Shown: in pieces, positions 1 to 9,246 of the stretch | Position numbering within the stretch: the first letter of the stretch is position 1 | How the letters are laid out: every line of letters begins with the position of its first letter | DNA from: Streptosporangiaceae bacterium | Lineage (GTDB): Bacteria > Actinomycetota > Actinomycetes > Streptosporangiales > Streptosporangiaceae | Assembly (NCBI GenBank): GCA_036258115.1 | Contig: DATAEH010000081.1 | Span: 22,411 to 86,410, forward strand | Direction: 5' to 3' | DNA: 64,000 nt | Notes under the pieces: model-generated | What the model saw: the letters and a program-made list of their open reading frames with translations, nothing else | Told to the model about the DNA's origin: nothing | The model's database searches: none | Position numbers and translations under genes: made by a program

Positions 1-740
1 ACGCCCTGGGCAAGGGCACGACGCTGCTTGTCGACACCTATGACGTCGCTCGCGCGGTCCGGACCGCGGTGGAGCTGGCAGGCCCGAACCTCGGCGCGGT
101 AAGGATCGACAGCGGCGACCTGCGCGAGGCCGCACATGCGGTCCGTGCCGAACTCGACTCGCTCGGCGCCACCGCAACCAGGATCGTGATCACCGGCGAC
201 CTTGACGAGCACTCCATCGCCGCCCTGGCCTCTGCTCCGGTGGATGGCTATGGCGTGGGCACAGCGCTGGTGACCGGGTCTGGCGTGCCGACGGCTGCGC
301 TGGTGTACAAGCTCGTCGCGCGTGCGGATCGCGCTGGCGCGCTGGTCGCGGTCGCCAAGCGTTCGGTCGGCAAGCCAACGATCGGCGGCAGGAAGTGGGC
401 CATGCGGATGCTTGACGCAACCGGGACTGCGGACGCCGAGGTGGTTAGCGCGAGTCCGCCGCGCGGCGACGTTCATGCCGTCCCTGATGAGCCCGAGCCG
501 CCGGGCGGCCGCCATCCGCGTAGCGACGGCCGGGCGCGCCGCATGCTGCTTCGCCAGTTGGTCAAGGACGGCGAGATCGTCGGCGCCGAACCCCTCGGTG
601 CGGCGAGGGAGCGGCACAAGCGAGCCTTGCTCGAGTTGCCACGCGCCGCCCAGCGCCTCTCCTCGGGCGACCCGGTCATCCCGACCGTGATCAGGCCAGC
701 GCGCGAAAACGCCGGGAACGGATCGGAACCTGACCGGTAA
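1..740 (+). CDS. pncB: nicotinate phosphoribosyltransferase, C-terminal part (5' end outside window)
   Basis: The ORF is open to the window edge. The translation (IDSGDL...ITGDLDE...DGYGVGTALVTGSG...YKLV...KRSVGKPTIGGRKWAMR) matches the C-terminal half of actinobacterial PncB-type NAPRTase. Confidence 0.8.
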   Translation, partial: ALGKGTTLLVDTYDVARAVRTAVELAGPNLGAVRIDSGDLREAAHAVRAELDSLGATATRIVITGDLDEHSIAALASAPVDGYGVGTALVTGSGVPTAALVYKLVARADRAGALVAVAKRSVGKPTIGGRKWAMRMLDATGTADAEVVSASPPRGDVHAVPDEPEPPGGRHPRSDGRARRMLLRQLVKDGEIVGAEPLGAARERHKRALLELPRAAQRLSSGDPVIPTVIRPARENAGNGSEPDR

Positions 741-750
741 CCTGACGGCC

Positions 751-1218
751 ATGCACGCCAGCGCCCGTCACGTTGAAAAGGTCCTGTCCGAACTAGGCGC
801 AACCGGCGCCGTCAGGGAGCTAGCCGAGTCAGCGCCGACGGCCGCCGCGGCGGCCGCCCAGCTTGGCTGCGAGGTAGGAGCGATAGCGAACAGCCTGATC
901 TTCGACGCTGACGGGGAGCCGCTGCTGATCCTGACCAGCGGCGCGCACAGGGTCGACACTGCCTGGATCGAGGCCCGCCACGGTTACTCAGCAGTCAAGC
1001 GCGCAGATCCGGACTTCGTCCGCGCGGCGACTGGCCAGGTCATCGGCGGCGTGGCGCCCGTCGGGCACCCGGCACCGATCCGTACGCTCGTTGACCTGTG
1101 GCTGGACAACTATGACGTCGTGTGGGCCGCGGGCGGGCATCACGCCACGGTCTTCCCGACCTCATATGAAAAACTGCTCAGGCTGACCGACGGCGAGCCC
1201 GCTGAGGTGGCCGGCTGA
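751..1218 (+). CDS. YbaK/EbsC-family aminoacyl-tRNA deacylase (prolyl-tRNA editing domain protein)
   Basis: 155 aa. AIANSLIF...LILTSG..RVD and QVIGGVAPVGHP...VVWAAGG motifs are typical of the YbaK/ProX fold. Confidence 0.75.
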   Translation: MHASARHVEKVLSELGATGAVRELAESAPTAAAAAAQLGCEVGAIANSLIFDADGEPLLILTSGAHRVDTAWIEARHGYSAVKRADPDFVRAATGQVIGGVAPVGHPAPIRTLVDLWLDNYDVVWAAGGHHATVFPTSYEKLLRLTDGEPAEVAG

Positions 1219-1227
1219 GAACGCCGC

Positions 1228-1482
1228 TTAGCCCTCGCCGTCAGGCAATGACTCGTAGATTTCCTTGCACTCAGGGCACACCGGGAACCGGCTTGGATCG
1301 CGGCTCGGTACCCAGACCTTGCCGCATAGAGCGACCATGGGCGTTCCGTTCACGGCGCTGTCCATGATTTTGTCCTTCAGGACGTAGTGTGCGAACCGCT
1401 CATGATCACCGTCACCGGTAGAAAGATCCGGTCTGGTGTCGGAGTCGACCCGGGTGCCGCCGGCCGGAAGAACTTCAGTCAC
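1228..1482 (-). CDS. DUF3039 domain-containing protein
   Basis: The C-terminal DHERFAHYVLKDKIMDSAVNGTPMVALCGKVWVPSRDPSRFPVCPECKEIYE is the DUF3039 signature. I chose the GTG at 1482, preceded by GGATAGGG, over the longer ORF-track start at 1581. Confidence 0.75.
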   Translation of the reverse strand: MTEVLPAGGTRVDSDTRPDLSTGDGDHERFAHYVLKDKIMDSAVNGTPMVALCGKVWVPSRDPSRFPVCPECKEIYESLPDGEG

Positions 1483-1581
1483 GCGCCCTATCCTACGACG
1501 CGCCGGCAACCCGCCACAGAGGCCCGGCATGCCGGATTTGGGGCTACCAGCCAGCCGCGCGGTCCGGGGCGAGCAGCACAA

Positions 1582-2187
1582 TCAGTTCAGCACAGGGTCG
1601 TCGGGATAGGTCGCCAGCAACGCCATCTCCCCGCCCTGCCGGCGAAGTACAGACGGGTAGAGCCGGTCGGGCTCGTCAGCAAAGGCGTCCTCTGGCAGCC
1701 CGTCGAGCACGAGCCAGGCACCCACGTCGATTTCCGCGTCGAGCTGGCCAGCCCCCCAGCCCGCATAGCCCGCGAACACCCGCAACGAGGCGATGCCATC
1801 GGCGAGGAGTTCGGGCGGCGCACCGAGGTCGACCAAGCCGATCCGTGACATCAGCTTGGAGCCAGCGAGCGAGCGCCACCCGATAGGTTCGCTCTCTCCG
1901 CGCGGCAGAGCCAGCGCGAGCGCGCTGTCCGGAGAGACAGGTCCGCCCTGGAACAGCACGGATGGACCCGTCACCAGCTCTGTCCATGGCTCGAGTACCT
2001 GCTGGACCGGAATCTCGCTGGGCCGGTTCAGCACGACCCCGAGAGTCCCTTCTTCTGGGTCGTCCTCGACGATCAGGACGATGGTGCGCCGGAAATTGAC
2101 GTCACCGAGCATCGGGGTGGCTGCGAGCAGCTGACCCGTGCGGGATTCCTCCTGCATGTATCTATGATGCGCCACCGGCTCACCCAT
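1582..2187 (-). CDS. YqgE/AlgH family (UPF0301) protein
   Basis: GQLLAATPMLGDVNFRRTIVLIVEDDPEEGTLGVVLNRPS and FAGYAGWGAGQLDAEI are the family hallmarks. The true start may be the ATG at 2157. Confidence 0.8.
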   Translation of the reverse strand: MGEPVAHHRYMQEESRTGQLLAATPMLGDVNFRRTIVLIVEDDPEEGTLGVVLNRPSEIPVQQVLEPWTELVTGPSVLFQGGPVSPDSALALALPRGESEPIGWRSLAGSKLMSRIGLVDLGAPPELLADGIASLRVFAGYAGWGAGQLDAEIDVGAWLVLDGLPEDAFADEPDRLYPSVLRRQGGEMALLATYPDDPVLN

Positions 2188-2207
2188 TCGCGGGCCGGCT
2201 GCTCTGG

Positions 2208-3260
2208 TCAGAACAACAGGCTGGAGAGCTTTGACCGCGCCTTGGTGACTCGCGGATCCCTTGGCGGCAGGACGTCGAACAGCTCGAGCAGATGCTTCCT
2301 TACCTTGTCCCGCTCGTCGCCCGCTGTGCGCTGGAAGACTCCGAGCAGGCGGTCAAAGCTCTCCTGCACCTGGCCGTTTGCCAGCTCCAGGTCGGCGGCC
2401 TTGGCCTGCGCGTCCGGGTCGTCGGGGTGTTCGCTCGCCGACCGGTTCACCTTGGCGCGGTCATAGGAATTCACCCTCCGCACGAGCTCAACCTGCGCCA
2501 GCCACGCCTTCGCTACCGGGTGCCCAGGCGAGTCGGCTAGGACTTGCTCCAGCGTCGTGGCCGCGGTGTCGAAGTCGCCGGCGTCCATCGCGTCCTGCAC
2601 GGCCTCGAACCGCTGATCGCCGAGCATCTCGCCGGGACCTGGCGCTCCGCCTGGCCCGGCCTGACTCATCGGGCCAGGAGCGCCCGGCCCGCCCGGCCCG
2701 ACTTGCGGCCCAGTCGACGCCGCTCCCTGCTGGCCTACCCCTGCTTCATTGGCGTCGGCCTGGTCGGACGTCGCGGCTTCCCGACGCACTCTGGCCGGCA
2801 TCCCGAGCTGGTCGGCGACCTGCAGAATCTGGTTGATCCACTGCTGGACCTGCGGCTCTGGCAGGGCACCGAGGAATCCGTCTACCAGCTGGCCGCCGAT
2901 GACGGCCACGACCATCGGAATCGACTGCACCTGCAGCGCCGCGGCCAGCTGCGGGTTGGCATCGACGTCGACCTTGGCCAGCAGCCAGTCGCCAGCCGCC
3001 TCGTTGGCGAGCCGTTCGAGCACGGGTCCGAGTTGCTTGCAGGGCTCACACCACTCGGCCCACAGGTCGACGATCACCGGCGCGGACTGCGACCTGGCGA
3101 CCACGTCGGTATTGAACGTCGCGTCCGTGACCTCGAAGACGAAGGCGGACGCCGCGCCGGTCCCGCCCGGCTGCGACGCCTGCTCCCTGCGCTTCGCGGC
3201 GGCCTGCCTGGCGCCGAGGTCGACGGCACCTGCCATCGAAAAGTCTCGCGGCTGTTGCAT
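2208..3260 (-). CDS. thioredoxin-domain plus TPR-like co-chaperone (YbbN/CnoX-like)
   Basis: A Trx fold with WAEWCEPCKQL is followed by a helical TPR-like C-terminus. The ATG at 3260 is preceded by GGATGGAG. The ORF-track start at 3416 looks like an over-extension. Confidence 0.75.
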   Translation of the reverse strand: MQQPRDFSMAGAVDLGARQAAAKRREQASQPGGTGAASAFVFEVTDATFNTDVVARSQSAPVIVDLWAEWCEPCKQLGPVLERLANEAAGDWLLAKVDVDANPQLAAALQVQSIPMVVAVIGGQLVDGFLGALPEPQVQQWINQILQVADQLGMPARVRREAATSDQADANEAGVGQQGAASTGPQVGPGGPGAPGPMSQAGPGGAPGPGEMLGDQRFEAVQDAMDAGDFDTAATTLEQVLADSPGHPVAKAWLAQVELVRRVNSYDRAKVNRSASEHPDDPDAQAKAADLELANGQVQESFDRLLGVFQRTAGDERDKVRKHLLELFDVLPPRDPRVTKARSKLSSLLF

Positions 3261-3443
3261 AACTCCATCCTGCCGTACCCGATCAGCGTTCTGGCACGTG
3301 ACGCGACCCTGAACCGTCCCGCCGCCTTGCCGGCCGCACAACCGCGGCCACCGGTGAGTATGAAACGTACATTCATCGCGGAATCTGGTGATGAATGTGC
3401 CATTGATACCGGGCAATTGTCGGGCCGGTGGGCCCAGTTGAGG

Positions 3444-5135
3444 TCAGAATGCCGGAGCTTCGGTATAACTGCCCCATTCGTCTTTAAGCGCTCCGCAGAT
3501 CTCGCCCAGGGTCGCCTCGGCGAGCGCGGCGTCGATCATGGGAGGGACCATGTTCCCGCCGGATCTCGCGGTTTGGACCATCGCGGCCAGGCCGGCATCG
3601 ACGGCTGCCTGGTCCCGATCCGAGCGCCGTCTCGCCAGCTCGCGGACCTGAGCGCGCTCAACCTCGTGGCTGACCCGCAGGATCTCGACCGGCGACTCGA
3701 CGGTATCGGTGTGGCAGTTCACACCGACTACCTTCTTCTCGCCCTTTTCCAGCTGGCGCTGATAGGCAAAGGACGCCTCAGCGATCTCGGCCATGAACCA
3801 GCCTTCGTCGATCCCCCGCAGGATCCCGCCGGTCATCGTGCCATCAGGGCTCATGGCGCGGATCCTGGCGAAGATCTCCTCGGCCTCCTCGTCAAGCCGG
3901 TCGGTCAGCGCCTCGAGATACCACGATCCGCCGAGCGGGTCGGCGACGTTGACCACGCCGGTCTCCTCCATGATCACTTGCTGCGTCCGGAGCGCGATCT
4001 CGGCCGCCTTCTCGCTTGGCAGCGCCAGCACCTCATCGAGCGCGTTGGTATGCAGGGAGTTGGTCCCGCCAAGCACCGCCGCGAGGGCCTCGATCGCGGT
4101 GCGCACGACGTTGTTGTCCGGCTGCTGGGCCGTGAGCGAAACGCCGGCCGTCTGGGTGTGGAAGCGCAGCCACTGCGCTTTCTCGGTTTTCGCGCCATAT
4201 ACGTCGCGCATCCAGCGGGCCCAGATCCGCCGGGCGGCGCGGAACTTGGCGATCTCCTCAAAGAAGTCGACGTGCGCGTCGAAGAAGAACGACAGTCCCG
4301 GCGCGAATACTTCGATGTCGAGGCCGCGGGAGAGGCCTAGCTCGGCATAGCCGAACCCGTCGGCGAGCGTGAACGCCAGCTCCTGCGCCGCCGTGGAGCC
4401 CGCCTCCCTGATGTGATAGCCGGACACGGACAGGGGCTTGTAGTCGGGTATCTCGGCGGCGCAGTACTCCATCAGGTCGCCGATCAGCTTCAGGTGCGGC
4501 TGCGGCGGGAACAGCCACTCCTTCTGCGCGATGTACTCCTTGAAGATGTCCGTCTGCAGCGTGCCGTTGAGCTTGCCCAGGTCAGCGCCCTGCCGCTTAG
4601 CCGCGGCCAGGTACATGCAGAACACGGGCACGGCCGGCCCGCTGATCGTCATCGACGTCGTGATCTCGCCAAGCGGTATGCCGCAGAACAGGACGTCCAT
4701 GTCGGCCGCCGAGTCGATGGCCACGCCGCAGTGACCGACCTCGCCCGCCGAACGAGGGTCGTCGGAGTCCCTGCCCATCAGCGTCGGCATGTCGAAGGCC
4801 ACCGATAGCCCGCCGCCGCCTGCCTGCAGCAGCATCTTGTAGCGCTGATTGGTCTGCACGGCGTTCCCGAAGCCGGAGAACTGCCTGATCGTCCACGTCC
4901 GGCCGCGGTATCCGGTGGAGTACAGGCCTCGCGTGAACGGGTACTCTCCCGGCCAGCCGATTCGCTCGAATCCGGGAACGACGGCTCCATCCGCCGGTCC
5001 GTAGACCGGGTCGACGGTCAGGCCCGACAGGGTGGTGAAGTCCGAGTCACGCAACCGCGAAGTGTCGTAGCGGCGCTGCCAGCGAGCCCTGCCGTCGTCG
5101 CCAGGGTCGCCGTCGCCTGCGGATTGATTGCCCAT
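3444..5135 (-). CDS. icmA: acyl-CoA mutase large subunit, isobutyryl-CoA mutase (IcmA)-like, no B12-binding domain
   Basis: 563 aa with a methylmalonyl-CoA-mutase-type TIM barrel. It carries TIRQFSGFG (Phe where MCM has Tyr89) and GTLQTDIFKEYIAQKE (Gln where MCM has Arg207), the substitutions described for ICM-type mutases. Confidence 0.8.
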   Translation of the reverse strand: MGNQSAGDGDPGDDGRARWQRRYDTSRLRDSDFTTLSGLTVDPVYGPADGAVVPGFERIGWPGEYPFTRGLYSTGYRGRTWTIRQFSGFGNAVQTNQRYKMLLQAGGGGLSVAFDMPTLMGRDSDDPRSAGEVGHCGVAIDSAADMDVLFCGIPLGEITTSMTISGPAVPVFCMYLAAAKRQGADLGKLNGTLQTDIFKEYIAQKEWLFPPQPHLKLIGDLMEYCAAEIPDYKPLSVSGYHIREAGSTAAQELAFTLADGFGYAELGLSRGLDIEVFAPGLSFFFDAHVDFFEEIAKFRAARRIWARWMRDVYGAKTEKAQWLRFHTQTAGVSLTAQQPDNNVVRTAIEALAAVLGGTNSLHTNALDEVLALPSEKAAEIALRTQQVIMEETGVVNVADPLGGSWYLEALTDRLDEEAEEIFARIRAMSPDGTMTGGILRGIDEGWFMAEIAEASFAYQRQLEKGEKKVVGVNCHTDTVESPVEILRVSHEVERAQVRELARRRSDRDQAAVDAGLAAMVQTARSGGNMVPPMIDAALAEATLGEICGALKDEWGSYTEAPAF

Positions 5136-5165
5136 CGTTCATCCTCCGGCAGCTGCGCGGACAGG

Positions 5166-5183
5166 TAGTAGGACGTCCTACTA
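5166..5183. promoter_or_regulatory. perfect 18-bp palindrome TAGTAGGACGTCCTACTA, candidate operator upstream of icmA
   Basis: Read directly from the sequence. It lies 31 bp upstream of the icmA ATG (5135, minus strand) in the icmA/sigma-factor divergent region. Confidence 0.4.
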
Positions 5184-5451
5184 ACCCGCTGCCCTCAGTC
5201 TAGGTCGCACCGTCCGGTGCCGGGAACACGAATATGGCCCAACCATGTGCCCGGTCGTGTCGTCTTAGTACACGCAGGACACAGCACGTTTGCATGCTCG
5301 CGCTCCTGACCAGGCCATGCCGAAATGTGTGGTAGAACAAATGCGAAATCTCGCCAGCGACTCCGGCTGCTTCGTGGTGGCCGGTGACGTTGTTACCCTG
5401 CAGGCACCATGGGCTAGGCCGCCCGGGACGGCGGCAAGGCAAGGGAGCTCT

Positions 5452-5943
5452 GTGGCCAGGCTCCGAACCGCCGACCGCGACGCCGCTGAGGAATTGTTCA
5501 ACGCGTGCTACCCGAGGCTCGCGGGCTGGGTGCGACGCCTCGTCGACGACGATGAAACCGCGCATGAGATCGCGGCTGAAGCCTTCACGAGGTTGCTGTC
5601 CAGGTGGTCGGGCCTGGACAATCCGCAGAGCTATCTGTACATGATCGCGACAAATCTAGTCAGGGATCACTGGCGTAAGACGAGCAGGGAGCGGCGCGCG
5701 ATCAGGACCATCACCGCCACGGTGCCGAGGGAGCCGTCCTGGCACCCGGCGCAGGACGTCGACGTGCGCGATCTGATCGAGAGCCTTCCGCCTCGGCTGC
5801 GCAGCGCGTTCTTGCTGCACTATTACGGAGGTTTCGGCGTCAAGGAGGTTGCCGCCTTGCTGGGTCGGCCGGAAGGAACCGTCAAAGCCGACCTGCATCA
5901 CGCCCGCGCCAAGCTCAAGGCAGCGGTCGGTGATCCGTCATGA
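5452..5943 (+). CDS. ECF-type sigma-70 family RNA polymerase sigma factor
   Basis: Region 2 (YLYMIATNLVRDHWR) and the region 4 HTH (LPPRLRSAFLLHYYGGFGVKEVAALLGRPEGTVKADLHHARAKL) are present. The GTG at 5452 is preceded by AAGGGAG. The stop overlaps the next gene's start (ATGA). Confidence 0.8.
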   Translation: MARLRTADRDAAEELFNACYPRLAGWVRRLVDDDETAHEIAAEAFTRLLSRWSGLDNPQSYLYMIATNLVRDHWRKTSRERRAIRTITATVPREPSWHPAQDVDVRDLIESLPPRLRSAFLLHYYGGFGVKEVAALLGRPEGTVKADLHHARAKLKAAVGDPS

Positions 5944-7253
5944 CAGAACGTCGCGATCCCATCGAGGCCTGGCTCAGCGCCGACGTCGATCTGATGTCCC
6001 CCCCGTCCGGGACGTTCGAGCGCGTACATCGCCGCGCCCGTCACCGGAAGGCCATGAAAGCCCTGACTGCTGCCGCCGGCGCCGCGGTCGTTATCGCCGG
6101 CGGTGTCGTCATCCCGCACGTCGCCGGCGTGCTGGGGACCAACCATCACCCCGTCCCGCTAAAGGTCCGGACCATGACTCCGGCGCCGAGACCGACGGGC
6201 CCGGCTCCGAAGGTGGCGATCCCGGGACCTCCGCTTTCCACTGCCAGCGCTGGGCCGCCTCCGGCCGGTGGCTTCGAGCCGACATCGGTGACGTTCATCG
6301 GCACCAACGTCGGCGTCGTGCTCGGAGTCGCCGGATCGTGTGCCACGCGTTCCTGCACTGCCATGGCGGCAACCCACGATTACGGCAGGACGTGGTCCGA
6401 GATGGCGGCTCCCCCCGCAGGCCCGGCAGACGGCAAGAAGGGGGTCAGCCAGGTCAGGTTCCTCGGCTACAAAAACGGCTGGGCCTACGGACCAGCCCTC
6501 TATGCAACCCACAACGGCGGAAAATCCTGGCGCGCCATCTTCACCCATGGCGGACGCGTGATCGACTTGTCGACGGTGGGGCATCGCGCGTTCGCGGTTG
6601 TCGGGTTCGGCTGCACCGGTGCCGGCGCCCGTTACGCGACCGGATGCACGCGCTTCACGCTATTCTCGGCAGCCGCCGCAAGCAACGAATGGGATGCGGT
6701 CACGAAGGCCTCCGGCACCGGCGGGGTCATTGCTGGTGCACTCCAGCTCACTGGCAAGCATGGCTATCTCCTAGCCGGCGGGCGCCTGTACGCCGGACCA
6801 GTCAGGAAAGGCGCATGGCATCGCGTCTCACCCGCTCGCGTACCCGGCTGCATTAGGCCGGGCGCCAGCGGACCTCAGCTGATCGCCCCTGCTCCCGCCG
6901 CCAGCGAACTGTTCCTCGTCTGCCTGAACCCAGGTACGAGCATGTTGACCTTGTACCGGTCGCCGAGCACCGGCTCATCCTGGCAGAAGCGCGGCGTTGT
7001 CCAGGCGGCCGGGACCGCGCAGTCGCTCGCCGTGACCCCGTCGGGATCGCTGGTGCTCGCGACCACGACGGGGATCTATCGCTCGGCGGACGGGCGCACC
7101 TGGAATCCGGTCTTCGCTAAGCCGGCGGGCGGCTTCAGCTTCATCGGCATGACAACCGACACCCAAGGCGTTGCGGTCACGGCGAGCCTGCGCCGAGACG
7201 TGTACATCACGATGGACGGCGGCAAGACCTGGCAGGCACGGCCTATTCGGTAA
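5940..7253 (+). CDS. single-pass membrane protein with extracytoplasmic BNR/Asp-box beta-propeller-like domain (possible anti-sigma/sensor partner)
   Basis: It has one TM helix (ALTAAAGAAVVIAGGVVI) followed by five Asp-box-like motifs (HDYGRTW, HNGGKSW, STGSSW, SADGRTW, MDGGKTW). It is translationally coupled to the sigma factor gene. Confidence 0.7.
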   Translation: MTERRDPIEAWLSADVDLMSPPSGTFERVHRRARHRKAMKALTAAAGAAVVIAGGVVIPHVAGVLGTNHHPVPLKVRTMTPAPRPTGPAPKVAIPGPPLSTASAGPPPAGGFEPTSVTFIGTNVGVVLGVAGSCATRSCTAMAATHDYGRTWSEMAAPPAGPADGKKGVSQVRFLGYKNGWAYGPALYATHNGGKSWRAIFTHGGRVIDLSTVGHRAFAVVGFGCTGAGARYATGCTRFTLFSAAAASNEWDAVTKASGTGGVIAGALQLTGKHGYLLAGGRLYAGPVRKGAWHRVSPARVPGCIRPGASGPQLIAPAPAASELFLVCLNPGTSMLTLYRSPSTGSSWQKRGVVQAAGTAQSLAVTPSGSLVLATTTGIYRSADGRTWNPVFAKPAGGFSFIGMTTDTQGVAVTASLRRDVYITMDGGKTWQARPIR

Positions 7254-7749
7254 AGTCGCCCGCCTCCACGCGCAGGTTCCTGAGCAGGCCGAACAGCTCG
7301 TCGAGCTGCTCGTCGTCATATCCGCGCAGGCCGAACCCCGCAGCCATCAGGACCTCGGTCGCGTCGGCGACGACCTTGCGCCCCGAAGGCGTGATCTCGG
7401 CCAGTGTCCCGCGGCGATCCTGCGGATTGGGCTTGCGCACGACCAGGCCAGCGAGTTCGAGCCGGTCGATCGTGTTCGTGACGCTGGTGGGATGCACCAT
7501 CAGGCGCTCCCCGATCAGCCGCATCGGCAGCGCGCCGACGCGGCTGAAGCTGAGCAGCACAAGCGCCTCATAGCGGGCGAACGTGAGGCCGAAAGGCCGC
7601 AGCAGCGAATCGAGTTCGCCGAGCAGGATCTGATGCGCGCGCATGACCGAGGTGACGGCCGCCATCGCCCGGGCTTCGCCAAACCTGCGCTCCCAGATCG
7701 CGGCAGCACGCTCGATGGGGTCGAACGGCAGGTCCATCGGCTTACGCAC
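7243..7749 (-). CDS. MarR family transcriptional regulator
   Basis: 168 aa with a winged HTH (RYEALVLLSF...LIGERLMVHPTSVTNTIDRLELAGLVVRKPNPQDRRGTL). Confidence 0.85.
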   Translation of the reverse strand: MRKPMDLPFDPIERAAAIWERRFGEARAMAAVTSVMRAHQILLGELDSLLRPFGLTFARYEALVLLSFSRVGALPMRLIGERLMVHPTSVTNTIDRLELAGLVVRKPNPQDRRGTLAEITPSGRKVVADATEVLMAAGFGLRGYDDEQLDELFGLLRNLRVEAGDFTE

Positions 7750-8070
7750 AGCGCAAAGCTACCTGTGCCCCCCGCGACGGCCTCCGCAAATACACCTGCG
7801 GCCCGCCGATCACGTCTTGGACACCCATGATTCACTCTGGGTTAACTGGCCTCACGCGTGCGTGAACGGCACCGCAAAATCACGCTGCCGCGGTCCTCGA
7901 ACTATCGGGGCAAGGTGCCGCACAATTCCCACTCTGTGCCCGTGTATGGGTGGTTATGTTCCCGAGCTTAAGCGGGGGCAAATCGGACACGTCCTGCGCT
8001 GATGAAAGTGCGCGTCTGCTACACCAAATTACACAGACTGATCAATCGACTACAACCAGTAGCCGTGCAG

Positions 8071-8908
8071 ATGGCCCATAGGGCGTGGTTAGGTGGAGCG
8101 GTGGATCTTGCGGCGGTAAAAGCCGCTCCTCGGCCGGTCCTCGTGGCGTGCGGTCGCTGCGGCAAGCAACGCCAAGGGCCTCCTCGACGACACCGAGCTG
8201 CTGTCGCTGGCTGACCGCCGGGCACGGGCGTGCGCTCTGGCTGTGCTGAGCGTTGAGGAGGTCGGCAAGGCCCTCAGCATGATGGTCCTGGCGCTTGCTC
8301 CGCAGAAGCTGCGGGGCCAGGTGAGGGTCGGCAGGCTGCTGGAGTGGCATTCGCTGAAGCTGGCCGGGGGCCTGCTGGCGGCCTTGGTCCCGCCGGGCGT
8401 CGCGGCGGGACCGGCGCTCGCGGGCATGCCGCACGGCGAGCTTAAGGAGATCCTGCGCAAGACCGAGGTTCTCACCCAGGCCGACCACCGGCTCAAGCAA
8501 AGCGGCTTGTATGTGGACATGGACAAGGCCGGGTGCATTACCGAGCCGACGGATGTCGCCGAGGACGAGGTCTCCGATCAGCTCAGCCGGACCCGTCAGG
8601 CCGTCGCGACGGCCAACGCCCTGCTCGAACCCAGTGCTCCAGCCCGCTTGGCCAGCCCGCCCCAGGAGGCGGTCGAGTTCGCCGAGGCGCTCGTCGCTGC
8701 GCTCGCCGACGCGGGACCGTCCAAGACGCCTGAGGCCGCTGCGCCGGGCTTAGGAACGGCACGCTTGCAGCGTGCCATCAAGCGTGAGCCTGCCCGCGCT
8801 GGTGACCAGCGTGACGAGTCCGGCTGGTGCTGGTTCGCCTCGACCCGTGGAATGTGCCTCTATAGAGGCCTTCAGCCGAGGGCCGGTCGTTCGCGTGCCA
8901 AGCAGTGA
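8071..8908 (+). pseudogene. AbiV-like abortive-infection family gene, apparently frameshifted near its 5' end
   Basis: The frame of ORF 8243..8908 stays open back to a TAA at 8117. It reads ...WRAVAAASNAKGLLDDTELLSLADRRARACALAVLSVEEVGKAL...WHSLKL...RLKQSGLYVDMD, the AbiV-type pattern as I recall it. No ATG or GTG lies between 8120 and 8243. A plausible ATG at 8071 (MAHRAWLGG...) is in a different reading frame. Confidence 0.4.
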
Positions 8909-9246
8909 CCGGCCTTCGGCCTGTGCTGGGGGCTGCGCTGGTGAATGTGCAACTCAATCGTTTCGACCGCGAGGGTCAGGCACGAGCGAAACAGCGGGTT
9001 ATGCGGTCACGGGCTTTAAAGCGTTTGTAGGGCACATAGGACGCGGATAGAACGCAATGGACGCCGCCGTTCGGGGGCCGCTACGACCTGGCGACGGCAT
9101 TGCCGATGCATTACCCGCCCTATTCCGCCGCAGGTAACAGCGAGGACGTCGGGCTCGCACGACGGCGCAAAATCGCAGGTAAACACGCCGTAGGACAGAG
9201 GTGACTGGGGGCTAGCAGCAAGTTATATTCCCTGCTTGGGGAGTTC

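Noticed and set aside
2544-4340. 598-aa plus-strand ORF
   Set aside because: It lies antisense to the Trx-TPR and IcmA-like genes. The Arg/Gly/Leu/His-rich translation has no recognisable domains. This is the usual open antisense frame of high-GC DNA.
3444-5135. IcmA-like large subunit without an adjacent B12-binding small subunit or MeaB-like chaperone, considered as an anomaly
   Set aside because: As far as I recall, icmA and icmB are unlinked in the characterised Streptomyces system. Absence from this window is therefore not informative.
8002-8214. 70-aa ORF MKVRVCYTKLH...
   Set aside because: It is unlikely to be a gene by itself. Only its internal ATG at 8071 is of interest, as the possible original start of the frameshifted AbiV-like gene.
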